From Candidatus Eiseniibacteriota bacterium (GTDB lineage Bacteria; Eisenbacteria; RBG-16-71-46): 64,000 nucleotides of DNA. Under the pieces are notes generated by a model, which searched no databases, was not told where the DNA came from, and saw only the letters and a program-made list of their open reading frames with translations. This document shows positions 37,833 to 46,306 of this stretch, piece after piece (position 1 is the stretch's first letter; every line of letters begins with the position of its first letter). Made by a program: the position numbers and the translations under genes. The stretch covers positions 1,536,001-1,600,000 of the forward strand of contig OY970178.1 of the NCBI GenBank assembly GCA_963707915.1, in the 5' to 3' direction.

Positions 37833-39262
37833 TGCGTTGCCTCTCCTTCACCCGAGGACGCACCGCTCTTCTGTTCCGGCAGATGGGGCCTCGCTCGCCT
37901 TGTGAGCAGCTCGACCATACGCCACGTCGTCCGGTCGATGGCTGGCTTGGGCAAGTAGTTCGCTGAGAGCGTCGGAAGGTGACCAAAATGCGGCCCAATC
38001 AACAGCGTTATCTGTTCGTCGCGGCCGCAGCTCTCGCAGAAGCGTGCGATTCGTCCCGCGGCCCCGTCGAAGGACATCACCACTACGTGGGTTGATGGAA
38101 TGGTCAGCATGTCCCGGAGGACCCTGTTTATGTGGTCATCTCCAAACCCATACCCATACGTGAACAGAACGGCGTTGGGCTGGCATGTCGCTGCTGCAAA
38201 GTCTCGGAACAGCTCGGCATAGGGGTACTCAAGGGTCTCAACGTCTTTCGCGGGATTGGGGTAGATCAGGAGGCTGTCGCCAGGTCGCTTTGGAATCGAT
38301 GGATGGCCGGGCACCGCCCCGAATGGAAGTGAGGACCGCTTCACTTCGCGGTTGCCTGAAGGCCCAGCCTCCCACACCCAGTCGATGGAGCCATGGAGCT
38401 TTGTTAGCCGAACTACACCCTCGAGGTAGTGTGGCTCCCCACGCAGCCCCGGCGGGCTGTAGTGGAGATCAATGCTCACACGCGATGAACGAAACACGGG
38501 TCCAAGGGTGCCGACGAAACGGTCGATGACGCGAAGCCCAAGCAAGTCGCAACCGAACTCCACGACGCGATCGTAGTTCGTGGTGAAGATGTGCAGCCGC
38601 TCCCTAGACGCGGTGCGGCTAGCGAAGCTCAACAGGAAGCTACCCAACAGGCGGCGCAGCTCATTGGCCCTGATGGACGGTTCTTCGAGGGCGTGAAGAA
38701 TCCCGCGCTCGGTTTCGAGCACTTCACCGAGAAAGCGTAGGAGCTGCGAATCAAGGGCCGCATCCCATTCAGCTAGCAGGTGAGCGCATTCAACTTGCAG
38801 ACGCGGGGGACTGCCAGCATCGGCACCGGCGACGGCCCCCGAGGCAAGCACCCTCAAGCCTCCCGTCAGATCCCGCACAGCTCGGATCTGGTCCTCAAAG
38901 TTCGGTTCGCCGCGGCCGAGCGATTCGGCACTTGCCTTTGCGGCCCGTTGAACGACGTCAGCGTGCTCACACGCGAAATCAGCCCCATGCATGTCAAGCG
39001 CGCGGCTGCCAGCCTCACTTGCCACGGCCGTAGCCAGTCCACTGCCAAGGAGGAGAGCCAAGTGCTCCGCCTGAAGAAGTGCGGAGAGCCAGGGTTCAAT
39101 CTGCCTGCGATACTCGCGCAATTTCTCCGATGGCGGCTCGTCAGATCCGTTCCATTGGAGGTCTCCAGCGCGAATAACGTGAGTCGGCCACGCCGTCTCC
39201 CCGAGCCCTTCTCTCGGTTGAGCCGTTGAACCAATTGCGGACTCACCAGGCGGATTCGTCAT
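37829..39262 (-). CDS. SIR2-like NADase (Sir2-HerA defence system)
   Basis: LLLGSGL, FTTNYDRVVE, KLHGSIDW, GYGFGDDHIN; GAGGAGG SD before ATG 39262; ATGA coupling to herA. Confidence 0.9.
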   Translation of the reverse strand: MTNPPGESAIGSTAQPREGLGETAWPTHVIRAGDLQWNGSDEPPSEKLREYRRQIEPWLSALLQAEHLALLLGSGLATAVASEAGSRALDMHGADFACEHADVVQRAAKASAESLGRGEPNFEDQIRAVRDLTGGLRVLASGAVAGADAGSPPRLQVECAHLLAEWDAALDSQLLRFLGEVLETERGILHALEEPSIRANELRRLLGSFLLSFASRTASRERLHIFTTNYDRVVEFGCDLLGLRVIDRFVGTLGPVFRSSRVSIDLHYSPPGLRGEPHYLEGVVRLTKLHGSIDWVWEAGPSGNREVKRSSLPFGAVPGHPSIPKRPGDSLLIYPNPAKDVETLEYPYAELFRDFAAATCQPNAVLFTYGYGFGDDHINRVLRDMLTIPSTHVVVMSFDGAAGRIARFCESCGRDEQITLLIGPHFGHLPTLSANYLPKPAIDRTTWRMVELLTRRARPHLPEQKSGASSGEGEATQ

Positions 39263-39357
39263 TAGTGCCTCCTCGAGGAAGTCACGAGCGCGTTGGATCA
39301 CACGCCGATATGCGCCGAACTAGCCAGCTCAGCTGTGCGCCAAGGACGCAGGGTACT

Positions 39358-39780
39358 TCAATCGCTTGCGGCCAATGCAGCGATGACGAGCACGCCGACG
39401 ACCACACATAGCCCGACCTGCCCGCTCTGGGCTTGCCCATCAAGTACGTAGGTCGCAAGGTGCTCGCAGTTGTAGTTCAAGGCGTCATAGTCCGGGCGGC
39501 GCTGAAGCACTTCACGCGCTCGAACAACTACTTCTTGCGCCTCTTTGGGAGGTCGTCCCCGATGGACGGAGACCGTCTTGCCAGCTGCAAAAGCTGATAT
39601 AGAAATGACGCGAACGCCGGACTCCTGGAGGTCAATCACTTCATCAGTAGATCTACCGATTCCGGTGACCAGCACGCCATAGTGCGTCATGGGCCCGCGG
39701 AGCTTCGATCGGCTGATAAGGTAGACGCCCGGGGCTACTGGTGAAACCTGTCCGTGTTCATCTCGTAGAACGACGCTCAT
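39358..39780 (-). CDS. LRAT-like (permuted NlpC/P60) protein with C-terminal TM helix
   Basis: HYGVLV and YDALNYNCEHLA motifs; hydrophobic C-terminus. Confidence 0.8.
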   Translation of the reverse strand: MSVVLRDEHGQVSPVAPGVYLISRSKLRGPMTHYGVLVTGIGRSTDEVIDLQESGVRVISISAFAAGKTVSVHRGRPPKEAQEVVVRAREVLQRRPDYDALNYNCEHLATYVLDGQAQSGQVGLCVVVGVLVIAALAASD

Positions 39781-39885
39781 TTCAAGCCTCTCCGCCGCAC
39801 TGTTGTCGTGACCCCGGATGCTCTGTGCTTCTCTCAGGAACAAACCAGTCGGGTAACGGTCGTCTGTCAGCCACGAGCGCCCCGT

Positions 39886-42800
39886 TCAGCTGTGACCGTC
39901 CTCAAACCACTGCGCATCGCTCCGCACCCGCTGCGCCTCCTCCTTCCCCACCAACCACCGCACGATTCGGCTGAAGTGCGACGCCATGGCCTCACGGTCA
40001 TCAAGGTCGCTGTGCGGGATGGCGATGACCTCGTAGCCACGGGCCCGCAGTTCCTCCCGAATCGCTCGGTCTCTAGCGGCGGTCTCGGGGTTCCCGTGCA
40101 GCTTGCCGCTCAGTCCATCGAGATAGACACAGACGCTCGGAGTGTCTGAGTCACCGGGGAAGTATGCATCCGGCGTGGTCGAGCCGAGTGGCTGGCCCAG
40201 GTGAATCTGGTGCTGCCACTCGAAGGCCGGCAGGCCTGCACGCAGCATCATCTGCCGCAGGCGCTCTTCGCCCTCATTCACGGGCTGCGCCGTTCCCTTC
40301 GGCGCGTCGGCCTGCATCCTGGGCGGGATGGGATGGGCCGGTGCCAACTCATTGCCCCAGCTCTTCAGCCGCTCCGCGGCCAACTTGCGATTCAAGTGCT
40401 GGTGGAAGAACGCATTCCGGAAGGTCTGCAGGCAATCTACGCAGGAACGCCCGCAGGCTGACGGACATCCATCCACGGCTTCGAGCGCGGCCTCGACAAC
40501 CTCCGGCCAGCGCGCACAGGCCTGCTCCAGCAGGCCTGACCCTCCGGGCATGGGATCATAGAGGAATCCGTCGACTTCCTCGGTGCCGGCGTGGGCGACC
40601 ACGAGGAGCTCCAAGTCCTCGCGCTCCATCTCGAGGACCTGGGCCATCCCAATCCGGAGCGTTTCCAGCACCGAGAACGCCTCCTCGCGCCCCGTGCACC
40701 CCTGCAGAGTCAGAGCATCGGCCGTCACCTCGGCGAAGAAGCCAACGTGGTCCACGGGCTTGCCGTAGCGATCCTGCTGGTTCTTGGAGAACTCTTGGAG
40801 CTCGCGATCAGAACTGAAGGGAGACCGGCACTGGCCACTTAGGAGCGAGACGGGATAGCCCAGAGTGCCCTGCTGCATTCTCGATGCGGGCCCCACATTC
40901 ACCAGGCGCATGAGGAGATTGCGGCGGAACAGCAGCTCCCGGGCGCCCCACATATAGGCCTGGCCAGGACCGTGTCGCTCCAGCTCCTCGCCATAGACCG
41001 CCACAGGCAGCTGGAAGCGGTGCTCCTCCTCATCCGTGATCCGGGATTGGTGAGCCAGGTCGCAGTCGCAGATGGGCACCGCTTTCAGGCCGATGGCGCC
41101 GAGCGCAGCAAGGGCACCCTCCGACGGCCTCCCGACTTCCCTGACCGCGCCCTTCGCGGTGTCTACCTCGAACAACAGAGGCTCGGTCGCCTCCAGATGG
41201 AAGTAGCGTGGCACGAAGCGGTGGCCGTTTGCGTAGAGGAGATTCCCCGGCACGTACTCGCGCAACGCGGTCGCCGGGGGGCGTGGCAGATCGAAGTCGT
41301 CCAGCGTCCCAATCATCCTGGGCATGATGGCGGTGCCGACGATCTGGCCGGTCTCAAGGCCATAGCCGGGCAGGAAACCTTCCACCGCCAGCACACCGTA
41401 GGTGTTGGTGTCGTCGTAGCCCTCGGTGTCGCGGCGCCGCCTAGTCTCGACGCCCTTGAGGCGCTTCACGATCACGGTGCAGCGGTCATAGAGCGCCTGC
41501 TCGTCAGGATCGAGTGCGCCCTTCTGGCTCCGCACCGTCTCTAAGCGGCTCATCTGCCTCAGACACCAGTCCAGTCGCTTCTTCAGGGTGGTGATCACGC
41601 GCTCGAGCTCGGCCGCCATTCCAAGCACGCAGGCCTCGAGGCGCTCCGCGGCCACGACCTCGGCGTCCGACTCCGGCCATCTGTCACGGAACGTTCGTGT
41701 GACGGATCCGACCAAGTCCGGAGCATGCTTCGTGACGACTGTGTTGAGCGTGGAAACATCGTAGGGGCCGGTCCGCACCATCCCCGACTCGTTGAACAGG
41801 TACTCCTTCACTCTCGGCGGGAGCGCATTCTTCAGCGCGTCCTGGATCTCAGTGCGGTCGAACTCACCCAAGCCGCCTTCTGTTTGCGTCAGATGGTGAA
41901 GCCGCGTGAGCACAGCCGCACGGACGTGTTTGCCAACCATTACCTCGTTTCGCAGGTTGAAGCGCGGCGGCTCGACGCGCCCGTGAAGGAGCTTCAGCGG
42001 CTCGGCGAAGTAGGCGCGATCGTGGCTGGTGTCGCGCGCATAAGTGATGTTCACCGCCAGCCGGTGTCGCCGACCGGCTCGGCCCACCCGCTGCCAGTAG
42101 TTCGCCGGAAGAGGGGGAACGTTTCGGAGCAGGACGGTGTCCAGCCCGCCAATGTCGACCCCCATCTCCAGGGTCGGCGTGCAGACGAGGGTGTTGACGG
42201 CCTCGCCAGTCCCCTTGAACTGCCGTTCAAGACGCTCCCGAACGTCACCCGGAACCTGCGCCGAGTGCTCGGCCGGTCTGAGCATGGCGAACCGTTGGTC
42301 GAGGGCAATGAGGTCGTAGTTCTCCTCATCCTTGGCCTCGAAGGAGAGCTGCCCATCGCAGCGCCAGGCGAGGCATCGGTCGTTCGGAGTCGGGCGCACC
42401 TGCGCGCGCCGGCACCGGGAGCAGCGCCATCGTCCGCGATGCGGCGCGATGAGCAATCGATCAGCGTCGATCTGCCTTACCCCGCCGCAGTTGGGCAGCG
42501 CCCTGCCCTTCGATCCGGTCAGCGTCACAGGCGCCAAGAGCTGAAGCTCTGCGGACAGCAGTTCCCACAGCTCCCGGAGGAAATCCTCGACGTGGTCCTC
42601 ATCCACGCCGAACGCTCGCGCCGCCTTGCGCAGGGTCGTGTCCCCGCGGGCGCTGATCCACTGTGCGACGCGACCACGGTCGTCCTCGGCGGCACGCTCG
42701 AACTTGAGTCCCTTTGGGACTCCCCGAAGAAGTGGCAGATAGCCGCGCTGAATCTCGCGGTCCCCATCCTGCCAGTAGCGGGAGAAGATCCTTCCATCGC

Positions 42801-45294
42801 GGTCCAGGAGGTGGAATCCGCGCCTTTGCACGTCGAGGAGCGCGGCGATGCCGTCTACCAGACGGTCAGCAGGAACGTTCAGCTGCCCGGCCCAGTGCTT
42901 CACGAACGGGAGGTCCGAATTCAGCCCGAGGTACTCCACCTGGATGCGGCCCCACGGCTCGAGACCGATGCGCTGCTTCGCACCTGTCGCAATCTCGCGG
43001 AGGACAGCAATTCGCAGGAAGTGTTTGCGTTCGCCCGCATGTTCAACACCGGCGCTCTGCTTGCGGGCGACGTTCCAGACCTCCGGCAAGAGGGCCTCTG
43101 AGAGCTCGTCGTCTCCATCCAGCTTGCGATCCAAGAATGCAACCAGGTCCCCGACCGAGACCGGGTCCTGCTCGATGCGTTCCATCATGAGTGAGCGGAG
43201 GCGGAACCGACGAGCATGGTCGCGCATCCAGCCGGCCTGGAAAGCCGCGTCCTGTCGGTTGTCGGCAAACACGAGAAGCCGCCTGCGCTCGGCCTGCTGA
43301 ATCATGTTCTGGGCGAGGACATGCACATCCGAAACGTTCACGGCACGAACCGGGCGTGCTGGCTCGCGGACAAGCCCAGCATAGTCACGGCCCGGCGCTT
43401 TGCAGCACAGGCAGGAGCTGAGGTAACCGGAGTTCCTCTCCCCGGACTCGACCGCGTAGAGGCGAACGAGTGGCCCCGGTCTCCCGCAGGCGTCGCAGCG
43501 GTCGAGCGTGGCAGGGTGCAGCGCCCCGCATGACGCGCACAGGAATACGGGGTGGGTGCGCCCCGGCGCCTCTTCAGGGTCCTCGTCGTCTTCCGACGAG
43601 ATGAGGTGATCAACAAGAACGACTCGCTTGCCGCCCTGCGTGCGGTCCAACGACCTCCAGACCCGCCGTTCCGCGACCGCCTCGCCACCGTCCAGCCCTT
43701 TGGACCCAACTCGGATGTCGGCAACGTGGTGGACGAAGTAGTGTTGCCCGCACGTGCTGCACGTGGTCACGGGCAGGAACACTTGCCTGTCGGCAGGCGC
43801 CCCCGCACCATCCGCCGTCACCGAAAGGTGCAGCACCGGCGAGTCGCTACCGGGCGTAAAGCTGACCACTGCACCACCCACGCCGCGCACGAATGCGTGG
43901 GCGACTGGTCGCAACAGCGGTCGTCCCTCACGGCGAGAAGCAGAACCCAGCACGAGCCAGCACAGGACTTCCTCTTCGCTGATGGTCCGGCCCGCTGTCT
44001 TCGACATGTGTTCGGCAAGCTGACTGAGGGCCATCGGGCGTTCGACCGCCGCGACGATTTGGAAACACAGCTCATTCCCGGCAAGGGCGGAGTAGAGGTG
44101 CCCCGGCCAGTCCTCGCGGCTGAGCGACTCGCCAGCGAACTTCTCCCATGCGTTGGCCACCTGCTCGCCAGATTCGTCATCAGCCCCGACAGCAGCAAGG
44201 ATGGAGCTGAGATGCGCCGCGGCCTCGTCCTTTGGCGGGGATGGCCAGGCTCGTTCGGCTGCCCAGTCATCTTCGCGGTACTGCTCGCTGACCACCTCCA
44301 CATCCGACGGGTTCGCGCCGAAGAAGCGTGCGGCGAACTCCTTTGGCGCCTCCGTGCCACGCCTTGGGTCAGCCAAAGTCGCAGAGGTTCCGATGCACAC
44401 CGTCTGCGACGCTTCACGGCCACAGAACGCTGTCAGCCGTCGAATCAGGCAGGCCGTCTCAGCGCCCTCCACACCTCCGTAGGTGTGCGCTTCGTCGAAG
44501 ACGAGGTAGTGAAGCCGTGCGCCGTCGAACAGGTGGACATCCGCCTGCCGCGTGAGGAGCAATTCGAGCTGCTTCACGTTGGTGAGAAGGATTCTGGGTT
44601 GAAGGCCCGGGGTGCGCATCTCCTCGCGCGATGCCCGCTCTTCGGCCGGATGGACCGCCGTGCTGCGCTTCTCTCGTCGAGCCTTCTCGAGCGCGGCGCG
44701 ATAGTCGGCAGCAGAGGCCCCCGCACGAAGTCGCTCTCCAGTGACTTCCGCCTTCCTGTCAGGCGTGCGACCGACATACATACCGAAGGGAATGCCCGTT
44801 CCAGCCAGCAGCTCCCGGAGCCGGCCAAGCTGGTCCTCGGCAAGCGCGTTCATGGGGTACACGAAGACGGCAACGATCCCGGGAGGCGCACCCTCGTCCC
44901 GCAGTTGGAGACAACGACTGATCACCGGGTAGAGGAAGCACTCCGTCTTCCCAGATCCGGTCCCCGTCGAGACCAGCGTCGTTCGCCCCGCCGTGATGGA
45001 ACGAATGGCTGCTTCCTGGTGTCCATAGAGGCTCGGGAAGGGCACCAAGTTCAGCATGTGGGGATGCAGCAGGCCTTCCTCGACCAAGCGATTGACCTGG
45101 CCACCCGTGGCGTAGGCCCTGGACAGGCTGATGTAGGGCCCGCGCACCAGCGGTGACTTGCGTGTCTCCGCGAGGGAGAGCAACCGCCGCATCTGAGCGT
45201 GGAGGTTCTCGTCGGCGAAGGGGTAGGCCGTAAGCTGGTACCGCAGGAAGTCACCGACGACCTGCTCCGTGAAGCGGATGGGGTTCAGTGACAT
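39886..45294 (-). CDS. YprA/Hrq1-type DEAD/DEAH helicase with DUF1998 and C-terminal Vsr/DUF559-like nuclease
   Basis: TGTGSGKTE, YPMNALAEDQ, DEAH, TSATL, TPTLEMGVDIG, QRVGRAGR, YDPMPGGSG..C...C..SC.DCL, PDAYF...YLDG...H. Confidence 0.92.
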   Translation of the reverse strand: MSLNPIRFTEQVVGDFLRYQLTAYPFADENLHAQMRRLLSLAETRKSPLVRGPYISLSRAYATGGQVNRLVEEGLLHPHMLNLVPFPSLYGHQEAAIRSITAGRTTLVSTGTGSGKTECFLYPVISRCLQLRDEGAPPGIVAVFVYPMNALAEDQLGRLRELLAGTGIPFGMYVGRTPDRKAEVTGERLRAGASAADYRAALEKARREKRSTAVHPAEERASREEMRTPGLQPRILLTNVKQLELLLTRQADVHLFDGARLHYLVFDEAHTYGGVEGAETACLIRRLTAFCGREASQTVCIGTSATLADPRRGTEAPKEFAARFFGANPSDVEVVSEQYREDDWAAERAWPSPPKDEAAAHLSSILAAVGADDESGEQVANAWEKFAGESLSREDWPGHLYSALAGNELCFQIVAAVERPMALSQLAEHMSKTAGRTISEEEVLCWLVLGSASRREGRPLLRPVAHAFVRGVGGAVVSFTPGSDSPVLHLSVTADGAGAPADRQVFLPVTTCSTCGQHYFVHHVADIRVGSKGLDGGEAVAERRVWRSLDRTQGGKRVVLVDHLISSEDDEDPEEAPGRTHPVFLCASCGALHPATLDRCDACGRPGPLVRLYAVESGERNSGYLSSCLCCKAPGRDYAGLVREPARPVRAVNVSDVHVLAQNMIQQAERRRLLVFADNRQDAAFQAGWMRDHARRFRLRSLMMERIEQDPVSVGDLVAFLDRKLDGDDELSEALLPEVWNVARKQSAGVEHAGERKHFLRIAVLREIATGAKQRIGLEPWGRIQVEYLGLNSDLPFVKHWAGQLNVPADRLVDGIAALLDVQRRGFHLLDRDGRIFSRYWQDGDREIQRGYLPLLRGVPKGLKFERAAEDDRGRVAQWISARGDTTLRKAARAFGVDEDHVEDFLRELWELLSAELQLLAPVTLTGSKGRALPNCGGVRQIDADRLLIAPHRGRWRCSRCRRAQVRPTPNDRCLAWRCDGQLSFEAKDEENYDLIALDQRFAMLRPAEHSAQVPGDVRERLERQFKGTGEAVNTLVCTPTLEMGVDIGGLDTVLLRNVPPLPANYWQRVGRAGRRHRLAVNITYARDTSHDRAYFAEPLKLLHGRVEPPRFNLRNEVMVGKHVRAAVLTRLHHLTQTEGGLGEFDRTEIQDALKNALPPRVKEYLFNESGMVRTGPYDVSTLNTVVTKHAPDLVGSVTRTFRDRWPESDAEVVAAERLEACVLGMAAELERVITTLKKRLDWCLRQMSRLETVRSQKGALDPDEQALYDRCTVIVKRLKGVETRRRRDTEGYDDTNTYGVLAVEGFLPGYGLETGQIVGTAIMPRMIGTLDDFDLPRPPATALREYVPGNLLYANGHRFVPRYFHLEATEPLLFEVDTAKGAVREVGRPSEGALAALGAIGLKAVPICDCDLAHQSRITDEEEHRFQLPVAVYGEELERHGPGQAYMWGARELLFRRNLLMRLVNVGPASRMQQGTLGYPVSLLSGQCRSPFSSDRELQEFSKNQQDRYGKPVDHVGFFAEVTADALTLQGCTGREEAFSVLETLRIGMAQVLEMEREDLELLVVAHAGTEEVDGFLYDPMPGGSGLLEQACARWPEVVEAALEAVDGCPSACGRSCVDCLQTFRNAFFHQHLNRKLAAERLKSWGNELAPAHPIPPRMQADAPKGTAQPVNEGEERLRQMMLRAGLPAFEWQHQIHLGQPLGSTTPDAYFPGDSDTPSVCVYLDGLSGKLHGNPETAARDRAIREELRARGYEVIAIPHSDLDDREAMASHFSRIVRWLVGKEEAQRVRSDAQWFEDGHS

Positions 45295-45358
45295 GCCACT
45301 CTCCGACACTTGGTGGCCCTCGTTGACGTGCCCGACCGAACCGCCGCTGACAGTGAGG

Positions 45359-46306
45359 TCATGCGCTGCCCCCATCTTCTTCCCTTGGGCTGGTGCTCGG
45401 CGGCATTGCGGACTGTAGCCGTTGCGTCGGCAGCACGCCCACCATCAGCTTCTTCAACTTCGATAGCGACATTGGCTTCTGGCCGTTCTTCTGCCTCTCA
45501 CCTGCAGCCTCCCACGCGAGACTCCCAGGTCCGTTGTAGAACTCCTCGAGGCCCCCGTCTCGTTGAAGGCGGAGCACAAGCAGGTGCTCACTCTCGCTCG
45601 AGAAACCGATCGAGTCGCCCTGGGTGAGCTTCACTTGGACCAGCCGGCCATCAGGGGTTCTTGCGTCGTGCGTCGGCGTTGAAGGTGGCAGCAGCTCGAG
45701 CCCGTACCTCTCCGCGGCAAGCACCTCTCCGATGCTGCCGACAAGATGTCCGTCCAGAGTAAAGGGGCGGCCAGGAAAGAGCGTCTCGAGTTGGGTCACT
45801 GCTTCCCTTAGCCGCTCCACGATGGGGGCCACTGAGGCATGGCTGTTCGCCCGCAGAGCCGAGACACCGTCGCGTTGGGCCTCGCGGGCGGCAAACGCTC
45901 GACACGACTCGCGCAGAGCCGCAATCACGGGGGCCGGCAGTGTCTCTCCAAGCTCAACCCGCTGGTACTCGAAGCGGTCTCCGAGGATCGTCGCCATCCG
46001 CGCGCCAGCCCACTCAGCGAGGTGCCCGCGATTGCTTGTTAGCCCTGGGCTACCTGGCAGATACACCTGAAGCAGCAGCACCCGCGCCTGTGGATGTTCC
46101 TCGAGCCAAGGCCAGAGCTTGAGGACATTGGTGCACGGGTGTTTCTGACGGCCTTCGACTTCGAGGACGATGAACGCGGATGGGCCGACGTGTGCATAGC
46201 CGTCTGCCTCCCCCCAATCACCTAGGCGGAGCTTCCCGGTATCAATCCGAAGGCCGAGAAGCAGGCCGAGTTTCTTCGCAGCAGCTTCCTCATCGGCCTT
46301 GCTCAT
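45359..46306 (-). CDS. Two-domain protein: PD-(D/E)xK-like N-terminus plus DUF6998-like domain
   Basis: ADG...LEVE; FTLDGHLVGSIGEV...HDA...VQVK...YNGPG; ATGA coupling to methyltransferase stop. Confidence 0.7.
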   Translation of the reverse strand: MSKADEEAAAKKLGLLLGLRIDTGKLRLGDWGEADGYAHVGPSAFIVLEVEGRQKHPCTNVLKLWPWLEEHPQARVLLLQVYLPGSPGLTSNRGHLAEWAGARMATILGDRFEYQRVELGETLPAPVIAALRESCRAFAAREAQRDGVSALRANSHASVAPIVERLREAVTQLETLFPGRPFTLDGHLVGSIGEVLAAERYGLELLPPSTPTHDARTPDGRLVQVKLTQGDSIGFSSESEHLLVLRLQRDGGLEEFYNGPGSLAWEAAGERQKNGQKPMSLSKLKKLMVGVLPTQRLQSAMPPSTSPREEDGGSA

